From NCBI GenBank assembly GCA_004764695.1, contig SMSO01000031.1, positions 596,436-660,435 of the forward strand: DNA of 64,000 nt. Reading direction: 5' to 3'. The notes beneath the pieces are model-generated. The model did no database searches and was not told where the DNA came from. It was given only the letters and a program-made list of their open reading frames with translations. Position numbers and translations under genes: made by a program. Below, piece after piece: positions 1-14,491 of this stretch (position 1 is its first letter; every line of letters starts with the position of its first letter). The DNA is from Schizochytrium sp. TIO01. Its lineage: Eukaryota > Protista > Bigyra: Labyrinthulomycetes.

Positions 1-588
1 TCCTAGAGTACTGAGGAAAGTGCGGTATGCATGCAATATGCAGCCAAGCGGCCTCTACCCTTCCTGCGCACGTTTTGCCTCACTGAAAAGGTCCGACTCC
101 CACAGCCCATGAGCGCCTGCCTGATAACAATGATATCAATTATCGACCAATCGATCAATCAATTAGGTAGAGTCCAAAGAACCACTAAGCCATAAGTTGC
201 CAAGTTTATTCAGAAATGAAAGACCGCTGAGAGGGGACACTACCAAGTGGTGTATACACCTTGCAGTAATAGGGTCAATCGAAAGTATTGAGAGTAGATC
301 GTCTATCAGAATGTGCTAGGTCAAGGCGGCTGACTTCTGAAAGACACCGCACGTAAGATACATCCATTACTTAGCAACAGGACGAGTAATTTACAATGGT
401 GCCTACAATTGTGCCTACGTGCTCAAGTGGTTTCCGATTCCTATAGTGGAGAGATGATCATATCGATGTTGATGGAGATCGCGCTTGAACGCCCAACCTA
501 AGAAACCAATCTTTTATGGCGTTGTACCTATCGATGCAACCGAAAAAGATCCATATATATATATAACCCACATAAGAATAAGCATGTG

Positions 589-707
<119 letters not shown>

Positions 708-3700
708 GGATTGTCCGACTTTGGCCATTTCTGGTTATTTGCTTCAAAAGCAGATTGCGACCCATGGCGCCAAGTGCAATCATAAATCTGGGCTGGTTGA
801 AGCGACTCCATTGAGAGCATGCGGCGACCCGAGTTTTCTGCGGCCGCTTCGTTGATTCTTACTTCTTATTTGCTGCTCCAAAGAAGACAGCGGCACTTTC
901 ATATGCATTCGGTGTTTCTTTTTGCTTGTATGTTTTCTTTAATTATTTAAAAACAATTATTAATAATATTAATAATAATAATAAACAAGGAGGTAGAAAG
1001 GCGACTCAAAGTCTTTGAGCTTCGTTTCTTTATTTTTGGGGGGAAAAAAATCATCATCGAAGGACGGTGGTTTTTCATTTTTTTGGTTTGTTTTTTGTTT
1101 TTTTAAGTAAAAAGGAGACGAATAAGAGTGAGGAGCAATTGAAATCCACATTACGCTACAGTTTATGGTAGCAGTGAGTGTATTGAGCCAATCTGAGGAG
1201 ACGAGTCTTTCACGCTCTTCACATGCTTGCGCTCTTTGCGATGGATCTTCGCGAGGAAGTTTGTTAGTTCGTTATGGCTGTAACGTGAGGGATTGAACGT
1301 TGACTTCCTCCACTCCGAAACCAGGTGAAAGGGCAGTTGGCCGGAGCCTCACTCGATTGCAAGGATCTACAGCCCACGTCGTGGCCAGGAGAGATATCTT
1401 AGATGTATATCCATCCACCCATCTATACCTTCCCTGCACATTGTAAAACGAGCACAAGCTGGCCAGGATCAAGAATCATCGACCATCTTCAGTCATCGAG
1501 CCGAGTCGAAGCAGTAGCAAGAGGAAGTTTGTATATTGAAGAGGCGGCCTCTGAGAGTAGCTGGCTTAGCGTATTCTGCCAGAAAGAAGTGGCACTTCTG
1601 CGCTCTGTAGCTTGAATGATCTTGAGCGATCTTGAATTCCTATTCCCAAAATCATGCCAATGCAAGCAGATACTCCATTTCAACTTCGTGGCACGAGCTC
1701 GTGCTGACGAAAGCAGATACTTGCTCCACATTAAGTGCCTGGCCCAACTGATAATCGCCACCCGTCAGACAAATGGGCCCATGCGGGTGCCGTCTTGGCA
1801 GGCTGATTATTATGTAAGATAGCTTTTGGTTGAGCAAACTTCATGCATAATATCAATTTCGGGTTGGGGGTCAATAAGCAAATGGGAATGGTGCTACAAT
1901 CCTGCTCAACGTTGGGCCTTGTGCTCGCAAAGTGCTCCATTCGCTACTGCTTCATCCTTAGGTCCATCATCAAGTCCTGAAGTGAAAGCGACGAAAGGCA
2001 AAGGATATTGAATATCTGAAGAACTACAAGCTGGGAAATGGGGAAAAGAAGACCTGTTCAATCTTCTGTTTTCTTTTTGTGTCTTTGTCGCTTTTGATGC
2101 TTTTGGTCAATCACACTGTTACAGTTATTCACATACTTGCCTTGGGCTGCACTTGCGTTCCCGTGCTTGCGCTCGCCCTCACTCGTCTGTTTCAGAGTGT
2201 GCACCATCGATCAAATAGAGTGCCAAGTGCAGTGGATAATTGATTGAAAGCGAAGTGCATTCATTCCTCCATTCCTAGGCGCTATAAAAAGCCCAATTAC
2301 TCAAGGCAAGCAAGCCTTGGGCTTTCTTTTTCCATTTGTCTCTTTTTTAAAAACGTTTTTTAGTTCTCTATTATTGCCTAAGTTTCCCCTATACTGTTTA
2401 ATTTTAATGAGTGATTTGATTAATTAATAATAGCAATAACATTTTAAAGTTTTTAATTTTAAGTTTTAAACGTATAGATATGGCAAGACACCTGCTTGGC
2501 GGTTTGAGGACGGTTGGTGTTTGTTAATCCTTCCTACCTTGTACTAAGGAGAGAAAAAAAGGGAAAAAAGGGAAAAAAGGAAACGAAACGAAACGATGTA
2601 ATTTCGAGCAACTCTCTGTAGCAACCCTCACCTTCACAATAATATTTCACAGGCCTCGGAGTGCTTTCCCAAAAAGTCGGACGTAGCGCAAGAAGCGCAG
2701 CACAACACCTGCGAAGGTTCGGAGCAAGGTCTAGCTGTTGGCAAGCGGCCCTGCGAAGACGTCCACTACTTTATTCCTGCAGCTTTTCAGCATTCTTTTT
2801 AGTGAATTTTTAAAATAAAAATAAATATAGTTTTTTGGTTTTTGGTTTTTTTAAGAATCAGCAAGAACAAGAACAACAGCAAAAGAACAAACTTAAGTTT
2901 GTTAGAACTTCTTAGTATTGAAGGGGGGAACCAGGACCCTAGCATGTTGAAGGCCACCCGGGCAGAATAGTAAGCGATACGGGCACCTGTCTGCTGCAAA
3001 ACATGCCAAACGCAGCATTCTACACGTGAAGGTAGAGAATCAAAATCAAATCAAATCAAATCAAATCGTACGTTAGGAAAGATGAGTTCAACGTAGCGAA
3101 CCTGAATTCTCCAGGCTACCGAGTATAACGCTGCATCAATTTTGTTTGCTATGTTAGTGGTTCTCTGTGAATTGCTACAAGCGCCCAGAGTTCATAAGGA
3201 CGGAAATTCTCCAGTTTGCGAAACAAGCTCCAAGAAGAACTATACTCACAAGCAATTCGTCGAGATCTATTTGTTTGTTTCTTGTTCCTGTCCTTGTGAA
3301 AGTTGTCATTCACATTACGAAAAATATTCTCCTAGATCACCTACCTCCACACATGTGGAATGTCTGAAGAAAGTAAATCAAAGGTCCCAGTTAATTTCGA
3401 TTATTTGTTATTGCCATCGACAGACGCTTTTCGCGTGCTGTATCATGTGTTCGGATCACCAGTCTCGAGTTGCACTCATTCGGCAAAAATCAGCAAACAT
3501 ACTCCACAACAGAAAACTGATGCCAAAACATATGACAGAAAATGTTGTTCGATGGAAACGCAGGTGCTAACTTATTATCTAAACCAACTTGCCTTTCCTG
3601 CAGGCTGAGATCTTCAATACAAGCGAAACCACCAAAGGCCCTTTCTTTCTCGGGCTCCTTGGCGCGATCTAACGACCTGGTTGCATGCTCTATGCGCAGG

Positions 3701-6130
3701 CCTGTCTCTCTGATGGCAGGGAAGCTCCAACTATCATAAGAAATTAGGAACTGTGAACCAGAGTATAGAGGCAAGCCAAAGGCGAGTAAGTACGCTCTGA
3801 GTTCTCGTCCAATCCCCAGCGATCCCGGGTCACACTCGATATGCTCGAACTGGCATCGCCTGGAAGTTGGGCCCAGAGGTCGTACTCTCTTGCGTTGCAT
3901 GGTTCATTTTGCCGCAACCGAGGACAGCATCGCAATGGCCGCCAAGCGCTTGCACGGGGCTTTCAGCCCCTCTTCATAGCGCGTGAGGCTGCGAATATTG
4001 CAATCGCATCACATGGCTGTCTTTCAAGAAGAAATTTAGTTTTTTTTTTTAAGTTTTTTTTGTATTGGAAAGGCCAACAATGTAAAAACCAATACATAAC
4101 TATCATACTCGCAAGACAGACAGACACAGAGACTCAGGACAGGATTGGCCAGTCCCCCTTCGTTTCTCCGCTCTTCCTTTTGCTTTAGAAAATGAAAATA
4201 TAAGTTGGCATCAAAAGAGCTTCTTGAGCTTATCAGTTGACAACGAGAAGGCAGAAATGAAGAGTGCCGCTGCTGATTCTGGGGGAGGCATTGCCGAAGG
4301 GCGCATTGGTGGAGCAGCAACGAGAAGTGGCTGGCTGCTTTTGGGACTTGTACGATGGCAAATTTGCGTGGCGATCTTGTGGAAAAGCTGGAGTTTCTCG
4401 TGACAGGATTGGAGAATGCAGAGGCGTCCGCGAGGATCCCCTTTGGCCCGAGATTGGGCATCAGTCGTCATCTTGTCCAGTGATGTTTCGCGAATCGTAG
4501 CAAGCGAAGCTTGTGTTGGAATCGTGGTAGCAGATGGCTGACCCTAAACAAAAAAATAGCTGGGCAAAGTGAAACAAAACAAGAGCAATCACGGCTCGCC
4601 TCGAATTATGACGTAGAAGATCGTAGAGATGTGAAGCATAAGGCATCTATCTCTCTGAGTGAGCCCTAACTCATAGCCCTTTTAGGTGTGCGCAAGTTTG
4701 TGTGAATGGTGTTTATCCATCTATCGCCACGCTTCGGACGAGCGCCGTTTCCAATGTGTGCCACTCATTTGCTAGGTTTCCGAAACCTTCAAAAATCGTT
4801 CGTTTTATCGCTGGTTTCCTCTGATGGGCGGAGGGAGGATTGGAAACCCCTTGTTCAATTAGTTTTGCTCTTTTTGAAAGCAAGTTGACTCCTACCAATT
4901 ACAAATACAAGCACCGGGGAAAGGCGACAGTTCGTTTATGGCGCCATGGAGTTTCAATGCCTCTTGTTAAGTTGTGCGCTCCGCGCTTTGTCCTCTTCAG
5001 CAGAAACGAGCTTTAACATCGTCTTGCCGTCCACCTGTTTCGTGAGTATGTGAGGAATCCTGTGAACCTCCTTCGTGATAGATTGGAGTCTTATGTGCCC
5101 ACCGTGCTTAATGGCTTTATGTTATGCAGTGGCAGAGTGCCTGGATTCGTTGGTTTTCAAGTGCCTGTTCCCAAAGAGCTGGAGTCATAGAATGAAGGAG
5201 ACTGCCAAAGAAAACTTATGCTGTGTTTATTCAGCGCTTGACTTGGTTTTATCTTCTTCCACTCGAGATCCAACAGGCATTCGCTTCGTACTTGATTTCT
5301 TTCCTTTCCCCTGAGTAATCTAGCTAGCTAGAGTGTACTTCCCTCCCTATTCCCATCCATTCGTCTTTCCTGCTTTCGCTAATAGTATTCCTAGCCAGAT
5401 TAGCTAGAATCGAGAAGTCATGTTTTATAAAAATAAAAATAAAAATGTCTCTTTTATAAATTTTGAATGAAAAAAGAAAGAAAATTGGCTGCACCATGGC
5501 GCACACCCTTTCTTTACCTGCAACGAGACCAGCAGAACAGATCAAATTAATATTTGCATACCACCGCAGGTCGAAATTTGCGGGCTTCCTCGGATTCCAG
5601 AATGATTCTTTCGTTAGACGATGGTCTGCACCTTCAACTTTTGAGCGTCTGATTGGACATGATAAAATCCCTTGCATCAGTTTAGGTCTTGACTGAGGAT
5701 TCAACTTTGAAAAGAAGTAGGACAAACAACCAACAAACTTCGATTATGCTTGGTTCTCGAGTCAAGGCACATGAAGCCGAACAGAATTCCACTGCTTTGT
5801 CTCTTGCCGGATCGGATGTATAATCCCTGGGCTTCCTAAACCGGCTAAAATAGAAGCTCGCTTCACCGATCTTCAAGGACTGCCCTTGCCAGCACATACC
5901 TACCTACCTACCTATGATTGAGTGGACTCGAATATACGCAAGACTTTTGGCGGCCTTGAGAGTAATTAACGCACCAAGACAGACACACAAGGAAACGTAA
6001 AGACGGGGGGGCTCAGAAAGCATCCTTGGAGCGCCAGGTGATCCCCGCCACTCTATTTGAGTGCGCGTGTCTTCCACATGTTAAATTCCAGGACCTTTCG
6101 ATCCACGGCAAGCTCGAAGGGCCCAACAGC

Positions 6131-6160
6131 GAGCTTGAGCTTGAGCTTGAGCTTGAGCTT
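6131..6160. repeat. (GAGCTT)5
   Basis: Direct reading. Confidence 0.95.
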
Positions 6161-6787
6161 GGGGATGAACGAGTTGATCTTCTGGCTCAGGTGGAGCCTG
6201 AATATGGCAAGTTGATATCGAATCGCTTGAAATCGAGTACGCACCTCCAGGCTCTGCAATCCTTTCTGCATTGGAACTTCTGAGGTGCCTCCTGAAATGG
6301 ACAAACTACAACCACAACAACCACAACAGCAAGTGTGGCAGATCACCGACTCAGATGTAAAAGTCAGCTTCCCAGGTTGCTTTCCTCTACGATCGGTCAT
6401 TTAGAAATCAGTTTGCACTTGCTCGCAAATACAGCGCACATCATAGCAAACTCGAAAATCGCCAGAAACCGAGGCTGGAGCAGATCTAAGCACTTCTCCA
6501 AGCGAACTCACCGTTTCTGTCTCCGCTTCTGTGCCTTTCTCCACAGAAGTTGCCGGGGCGGGCTTCCTGCCGCGCAGCGCAAACCAGGCGCCTTGCCTGA
6601 CGAAGGGAGCCATGCATCCATGCATCCATGCATCCCCAGGCGAGACGAGGGTCGCAGCCTTCGCCACACGCTGCGAATAAGTTCCTTGCGCAGTTGCTTG
6701 GGGGACGGCTTCTGTGTCTTGGTTCCCGAGGCGAGCTGCTGCTGCAGGTTTTGCTCGTTTTGCTAACTCCGGTTTTTGCCAAGTCGG

Positions 6788-6836
6788 CCTTTTTCCTTTT
6801 TCCTTTTTCCTTTTTCCTTTTTCCTTTTTCCTTTTT
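6788..6836. repeat. (CCTTTTT)7
   Basis: Direct reading. Confidence 0.92.
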
Positions 6837-9800
6837 GCTTTTCCTTCGTTGCTTTGGCAGCTCAGGCTGCTTTCTTCCTCGAGATCTTTTGTAGTGTCGT
6901 TGTTGATTCACAGGTACAGCAGTTGGTAAGGACGGAGGCGAAGGAGGAAGCAGTGGCGAGGGGGTTTGGGGAGAGACGGATGAACGAGCAGGAGACCTCA
7001 TTCGTTTCCTTTCGTTGGCTTCGCGATCGCTTAAATGAATTATATGTGTATGTGTGTGTGTTTAATAGTCATCTTCTAAATCTTGAAATTGATGTACTTG
7101 TTTATTTGTTTACTTATTTATTTTCCAATTAAAAAATAAAGAATACTAAATCGGAGATGGATCAAGTCCAACGGCAAGGACAAAACGCAAGCGAACGAGT
7201 GAATTGGAGAGGGCGAGGCGGCACTTTGGCGCATAAATTTGTATACGTACAAGATACCCTTGGTGCTAGAGGGGTAGGTTAGAATATTTGCCTTTGTGGC
7301 TCGAATTGAGGAATTTGATGCCTAGTTACCAGCTATGAAAATATAGTTTCCATTTTAGAGATCAAGATCGCAGAATTTCTACTATGTGTGATCGTAATCA
7401 TTGGTCTTATTTACAATTGATTAGAAAAGCAATTCATCACTGTTCTGTGTCCTTTTCTGAGCCGTCCCAACTGAGCACGTGTTTCTCCAGGGAAGACAGC
7501 ATATAGACTGCGGTATCTGCGAAGCTTCGGCACCAAAGCCAATGTGTCTTTCAACTCGCTCAAGCAGCCCGGCCCGTCAACCTTCGGAGAATCTAGCACT
7601 TCTTCTTCTTCTTCTTCTTCTTGATATTCCTGTTCTTCTTCTTCTCCTTCCACGTGTGTGGCAGTCAGCCTGAGCATGGCGAATGAAACAATTGACACAG
7701 GCTCAAGAACAACATCATCATCAACAAAAAGAATGGATGAATATCAAGACGAGGTCGTGCAGAAAAGTTCACAATCTAATAATTCGGCGAAGTCCCAGCA
7801 CTCAAGTGATTTCTAAAGAAGGATAAAACCCGTATCGATGAAAGACCGTCTGCACACCGAGTCGCTTACTCTCTCACACACACTCACTCACTTTCTCAGA
7901 GTAGTGCCGTGCCTCGATCGGCTTTGCGAGATTCAACCCGCTGCTGTTGTCTAGCGCACGCACGCGAGAGAGGCGTCGGCGGCGCGTTCTTCTGCTCACT
8001 CCAAGACGGGGCCGCTAAGAACGCAGGTCTCTGACGAATGTAATTTCTTTCCAATTGTGCTATTCTTCGATCCATGCACACGGACAGAAGGTTCAACAAC
8101 AACTTCAGCAGAAAGTTATTTGGTGATCTTATCTCTTCCGGATCAAATGAGATCTCCTTCGCTTCGTAGGAAAAGGTATGCTCCCCTTTTTCTTTTTTTT
8201 TCTTTCTTAAGTTAAAGTAAAATAATTTTACAAGTAAAAGGCTCTGACTCAGTGGGGGGCTGTTTCTTTGATGACTTTTCATTCAAAGAATTGCAAAATT
8301 GTTTTTCCACGATGTAAAATTAAAAAAGAAATAAAAAAGAATGAAATGCGATAGAATATAATAAAATAAAGTGTCTCTTATGAGATCTGTTTGGCTGTAA
8401 CTATTTTTCACATTTATTATTGAAATAAATTATTAATTTTAAATAATAATATTATTATTCGAATTAATAATATTTTCAATCTATGAAGGATCAAATCAAA
8501 AGAGCGCGCAAAAGGTATGCGCTCAGCCTTCACTTCTTCAGCGGTCTCACTTCTGCGCACTTGCTACTCTCTTTTCAGGCTGGGACAGGATGCTCCGAAA
8601 GGAGGCTTTCAGCCGTCTCACTTCGTGTTTGGCGAGCAGAAGAAAGGCGATGCAAACAAACCAACACTCACTCACTCACTCACTCACTCACTCGCGATGC
8701 ATATGCATCATACATGCTCCTGAGTGTCCAATGAATCGGCTCGACGGCGAGAAACGAAGAAAGAAGAAAGAAGAAAAAGAAAGGATAACTCGAGGTGGGA
8801 AAACAACGACAGACACACATAATACATAGAGACCGAAGGGAAACTGGCATAAGAGAGAAGATAAGTGAGGGCGAAAGAAGAACCTCAATCAGTTCTAGGA
8901 CAGAAAAGGCACTGATAATATCGAGGGAGCACGCGAACTTTGTGCCATGCCATATGAAAATAAATGATAGCAGACTCCAGCACCTGGGCGAAGATCTGAA
9001 ATGTTGCCACGAGTAAACGCCAAGAAGTCCCGAACGTTCAGCATCTACATTCGAAAAAGTTTACACTTGAAGATAGAATAACTCTATAACACTTTCTTCA
9101 TCTCGGTCGGCACTTTTCTTTTTGTTGTTGCTGCTTTTATTCTTCTTCTTCTACTTCTTCTTCTCCTTCTTCTTCTTCTTCTTTATTGAGGACGTGAAAG
9201 AAAAGCAGCAATGGGACTTAAGTGATCCGCCCAACAAAGTAATAAGGAGCTCGCTACCTTCAAGTGCTGACTGAGCGCGTAATATTGATGACACCTTCCA
9301 GCAAGGCGATCTTTGGTCTCTCGCTTTCGCTTTATAAAGTGCCTTCCAACAACCTTTTTGCCAAGAAAGAAAAAATAAAAAGAAAAGGAAAGGAGAAATG
9401 CAAAGCCAACAAGCAAACAGAAGAAACAATGAATGATCTGCTTAATCTCAATCTTGCGGTAAGGAGGTAGAGCGAATACTCGAGAACTGTTTGCCAGCTA
9501 GCTAGCTTTTAGTCATCCTCCCCTCAGTTGAAACTTTCTCCTATTTTCTTTCTATTCCCTTGTTAATGAGCGGTTCTTTCTACTCATCCAGAATTCATCC
9601 TGGAATGAAAGTGCTCCATCTCGTCTGTGCTCACCCCGAGCAAGACGACTTGAAGGAAGGAAGCAACAACTTGCGGGTTATTCATCCAGAATTACCAAAT
9701 CTAGGAATTACACGAAGTGCAACTGACTAGCTCCAAGCCTCGCATCACATCGCATCACAACATTACTGCAATTGCTCAAATACCCCTTGTAGACGACAGC

Positions 9801-11677
9801 AAGTGCGGCTTGAGTCCTTCAGGTGCTAAGAAGTAGGTAGCGCCAGTATTCTTTCGCGCGTCCGCAACAATTCTCTAAGCGAGAGGAGCCTGATTAGCTT
9901 ATGTCGCACGTTTTTAACCTGAGCCCTCTGCTGCTATATTTGTAGTCCCTGCTGAGGTCTCACACGTTCCCTCATATTCTACGCGCCTTTCCCTCTTTCC
10001 CAAAGTATTGTAGACTGATTTTGCTAACAAGTTGCAGCAGGTGCCTGAGTAAGAAATAGCGACGCTACCGACTCCAGGGAATGCCGTCTAGCTGGATCTT
10101 CTGCGAAGTGCCAATCTGTAATTCCAATTGCCGCCGTGTGATGCGCATGTGACAAGCCAAGCCAAGCCGAGCCAAGCCAAGCAAGGAAGGAGGTGGTGGT
10201 AGACTGATCAGGGACGCCATCGACACGAGGCCCTTCCAGATGAGCGCTCTGGTCGCTCTGAGCGGGCGTTTGCCTGCTTCGGACGTTGAATGTCGTCCAG
10301 AATGGATGTTGAATGTTGTAATTTGTTAGCGGATAACAAATAGAAACTCACTCGCGCGCTGCAAACAAGTCGTACGTTGAGATTTGGGTGTTTCTCTGAC
10401 TTGTTAGCAGCCTGAAGAAACGAGACTCAGAGTGTTCACTGTTGTAGTTGCATTTTCTGAGTGCGCCTAAGAGGCGTAGAATTTACAAATGGCAAGCCCA
10501 TAATGAAAACAAATAAAAAGTAGCAAAATGTTTCAGTAGTGCCATCTCCCTCAAGAGATTCATGTGTTCCTTTTTAGAAATGAATACAGACCTCTCGTGT
10601 TTGCGTGACCAAAGTTTGTTTTTCGATCAATTGGCTTGCGATCTCCCTGTGAATGGTGGAGCAAGCCTTCGAGCGACTGTCACTTCGAGATTCTCTGTGC
10701 GCATTCACACGATTTCAAACTATGATATGGTATACAAAACCGAACAGTTAAATCAGCACAACCTGTGTCCTGAAATGTCGCCAACCGTACCTCTTCTATG
10801 CTCGCTCGCCTCCCTAATATACTTGTACAACCGCAAAAGTCGCACTATTCTAAAGATCATCTCCATCTCCATCTACACTACTACAGAGCAAGATCCATCT
10901 AAACAAATTCTACGTCACTTTCCTTCATAAATGAACCAACTAGCTGTCTGCCAATTCAATCGCGGGGCACGAAGCCATCCATTGGCGTTGGTTGCCTTCT
11001 TCATGCTTCGTCTCTCGTCGCAATCCAACCAACGTGACATTCCACTCACTCCCTCATCCACCCACTCCCACTCGACCAGATTCGCTCCCATCGGTCGCCA
11101 GAATTCAACCCTGCGCTGAGTATTGACAATCATCCCGCTCGACCTCCATCGCAGCACCCGACGCCACTCTTGATCGAAGCCGCTCTCAACCTCCACAACG
11201 ACATAAGGCACCCTCCACTTGAGAGGCAGCGTGCATCGTTATTGTCGCACATCTCCGCATTGTGGCAGGCAGCAGTCCGGCTGAACCATTCCCCGCTCCA
11301 ACCTCGATCTTCCAAAGACTGTCTTGGCTTCTTCGCCTCTGGTTCAGAGCGCGGCGAGACTGACTGACTGACTGACTGATTGACTGATTGACTGATTGAC
11401 TGTCGCTGCTCTGCTCCTGAACACGCCAAAGGCAGAGCTCGAGACGCGCAGCCTCCTTGGACGTCTTCGGAGTCTTTGGATTCTTTCTTATTCTTATTCG
11501 CATTCTTATTCGCATTCTTATTCGCATTCTTATTCTTATTCGCATTCTTCGGATCGCTTGCTCTTCTTTCGGCGTGGTCGAAGTCCCTTCTTCGAGCAGC
11601 TCTAGCTGGAGAAGTCTGAGAGATTGCCGAGTTTCCAGGATTTCAGGCAAAGCTTTGGCTTTCTTGCCGACTAAAAT

Positions 11678-11861
11678 TGCAATGAAATGCAATGAAATGC
11701 AATTTAATGCAATGTAATGCAATGTAATGCAATGAAATGCAATTTAATGCAATGAAATGCAATTTAATGCAATGAAATGCAATTTAATGCAATGAAATGC
11801 AATTTAATGCAATGAAATGCAATGAAATGCAATGAAATGCAAAGCAAAGAAATGAAATGCA
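11678..11861. repeat. Pentamer-based satellite built from AATGC with AATGA/AATGT/AATTT, forming 10- and 20-bp higher-order units
   Basis: Alternating AATGAAATGC and AATTTAATGC decamers. Confidence 0.95.
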
Positions 11862-12210
11862 AGGCAAAATGGAAACAAATGAAATCGATCGACGTGGGCG
11901 TCCCTCCTCGGCTAGCCAGCCGTCGCGTGGAGGTTTTCGGGGTTCATCCATCTCCTGAGCAAAAGCAGTCGATCTCGCGCTTTGGTGGAGTGTTTGTTAG
12001 TTGTTGTTGTTGTCACAATGTTGTCTCCGGCACCGACAGCTCCAAGAACGGGAACGCATTTCTTTTAGTTGAGTTTCTTATTGGTGGACGAACATCCGTG
12101 CGTCCGCCGATCCGATGCGAGCCGTGCTCTCGGCTCTTCCTGCTCGCTGTGGCTGTACCACCATCGATCGCCAGCTCTCTCTCCGTCCCTCCTGGTGGCT
12201 ACCTGCCAGC

Positions 12211-12413
12211 CCATCCATCCATCCATCCATCCATCCATCCATTCATTCATTCATTCATTCATTCATTCATTCATTCATTCATTCATTCATTCATTCCGGA
12301 AGACCATTCTAAAGTCATCCATCGTTTGTGCTTCGATCGATCCTTTCATTCATTCTTTCATTCTTTCATTCCGGAAGACCATTCTAAAGTCATCCATCGT
12401 TTCGATCGATCCT
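12211..12413. repeat. (CCAT)n(TCAT)n microsatellite followed by an approximately 50-bp direct duplication
   Basis: TCATTCCGGAAGACCATTCTAAAGTCATCCATCGTTT at 12291 and 12366, each followed closely by CGATCGATCCT. Confidence 0.92.
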
Positions 12414-13216
12414 CTGACAAGAAAGCCAACAAAGGAACCTTTTCATTATAATATCATTTTATTAATTTTAAAATCAAAACGAACGCCTTCCTTTCTATCT
12501 ATCCCTTTTCCTTTCTTTTTCTATTACCTCTCTCCTCCATAGCTTTTCTTTGCAGTCAGTCAGGGTGTGCACTCCTCCCATCAGATCCCCGGCCTGGAGG
12601 TCAGGCACAGACGGAGAGAGCCTTCGACTGCAAGAACGCGCTCGAAGCCGCGCTCTCCTCGGCCTCCAGCCTCATGCCGGCGGCCTCTGCGGAGAACGCG
12701 CCGCTGTCTTCTGCCCGCCCTGGCTCTGCTGCAAGCCGCTTGCGACCGCCTTTCCAAAAGTAGTCCACAAGCGTGCGCAAGCTCGTCCTTACGCAGGGGC
12801 CATCCATGGCATGCGTGCGTGCCTGCTGCCAGCGGCCGAGCTCCTGCCGGCGAGCTCCACGCGCAGCGACAGCAGACGTCCCGCGGCACGCAGACTGCCT
12901 CTTCGTTGGAGTCATCGAAACCGCTCCACGTCGATGACGGATGTCACATTGGCGGATGGAGAGAGATGGAGCTTTTGCTTGCCGCACGACTGGGCTCGGG
13001 TCGAGGGCGGCGAGAACTTGGCCAAGATCTCAACGGCTGCGCGCGTAAACCAAATTCATACGAGCGACGGCTCGATCAGCTCGAGAGAACCTCGCTCAGC
13101 GGACATTCTGGCTCCAGGTCGTGGCCAAGACGGGCGAGTGTTGAAGGCCATGGAGGCCATGGAATCGCGGGCGGATGACCTCAAGAATCGCGGCAGAAGA
13201 GGGCGCCCGATGACCT

Positions 13217-13290
13217 CATTGAACTTCCATTGAAATGCCATTGAAATTGCATTGGAAACCCATTGGAACCTCATTGAAATTGCATCGAAA
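13217..13290. repeat. Degenerate 11-bp tandem repeat (CATTGAAATTG-like), about 7 units
   Basis: CATTGAACTTC CATTGAAATGC CATTGAAATTG CATTGGAAACC CATTGGAACCT CATTGAAATTG CATCGAAA. Confidence 0.88.
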
Positions 13291-14460
13291 GCGCGTGGCA
13301 GGCAAGCGCTGCACGGGGCATTTCGAACCATCCGTTCGCGCTTAAATCGTCACCGCATGCATACAGAGTCTCGGGCTTGGGTTCGAGTGAACGCGGGTCT
13401 TTCAGTTTCGAAGAGTGGCTCTCCGTATTGTCTCCGAGCCACAGGAATGCTGTAGCGATTTGGTAACGCCGCGCTTCAAGAGCTCCATGAGTTTATTCGA
13501 TCCACGAAGACCCGGTACCTCAAACTCGGCAAGCTCTTGCAACGCCAGGAGTGCTGCTGGCTTCTCCCGGCCGAGAATGAGAGCAGCAAGTACCTGGAGG
13601 ACGAGCGTGTCGCCTGCTCGACTGTTTGGTAAGGAGCGTTGGCTCTTCTCGCTTTTAGCCGCATGAGCCAACGAAGGATACTTCCGTAGCGTTGCGGTAC
13701 ATCCTTAAACTGTGCTGGTGGCGGATGGCTCTACTCAATTGAAACTCAATTGAAGTTCCGCTCGCCAGCCGCCGCTGTCTCTGTACCTTCCTCTTGACTT
13801 GCCCAAACCGCTCAGGCGCAAGTTCGCTCAAGAGCGCGACCTCGACAAAAGGGAAGTGGGTTATAGTTGCCAAGCAGGCGCAAAGACGGGAGGGAAGGAG
13901 GAGAAGAACAAGGAGCAAAGGCAAAACCGCAGAGGCCATGAACATGAAAGGGGATGGATACCAGAGAGCCCGAAATGATCCCTTTTTCTTATCTGTCTCT
14001 TTTTTTGTGTGTGTGAATCGATTACAGGCAATGAATGATCAGTCACAGTTAAACTTTTATTTACTCTTCCGTAGAAAACAAACTGGCGAAAGTCCCTCTG
14101 AAGTGGGAAGGAGCACTTTCGCACAAAGAAGTCTTGGTAGGCCTATCTAACCAGAGCAGTAGGACCGCGAAAGACCGGTCCCGATGTCCTACGTCGCCCG
14201 TCTCTTTTGCGCCGACTCTTCCTTTAGAAAGAACGCAGCTAGAGACAAACTCTTGGAGGAAGGGGTGGGACAGCCCACAGTGATCACCTATCTGCACTGC
14301 CACTCAAATCCTCAGTGGCGCAGAGAGGGAAATAACTACCCTCTCGAGCGAACAGCTTCCATACCACTGTGCCAGTCGCACCTAGTACTAAGGCTCTCTC
14401 CCACAGCGCAAGTACTTGAAAGACCTCTGCGCACAATTGAGTCACTTCTTACTCAACAAG

Positions 14461-14491
<31 letters not shown>

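Noticed and set aside
10560-11340. C-rich stretch resembling a LINE endonuclease remnant
   Set aside because: No diagnostic motifs (QET, GDFN, SDH) found; resemblance is compositional only.
12550-13233. Overlapping 227-aa and 203-aa ORFs
   Set aside because: GC-rich stretch open in several frames; Arg/Ala/Ser-rich with no recognisable motif.
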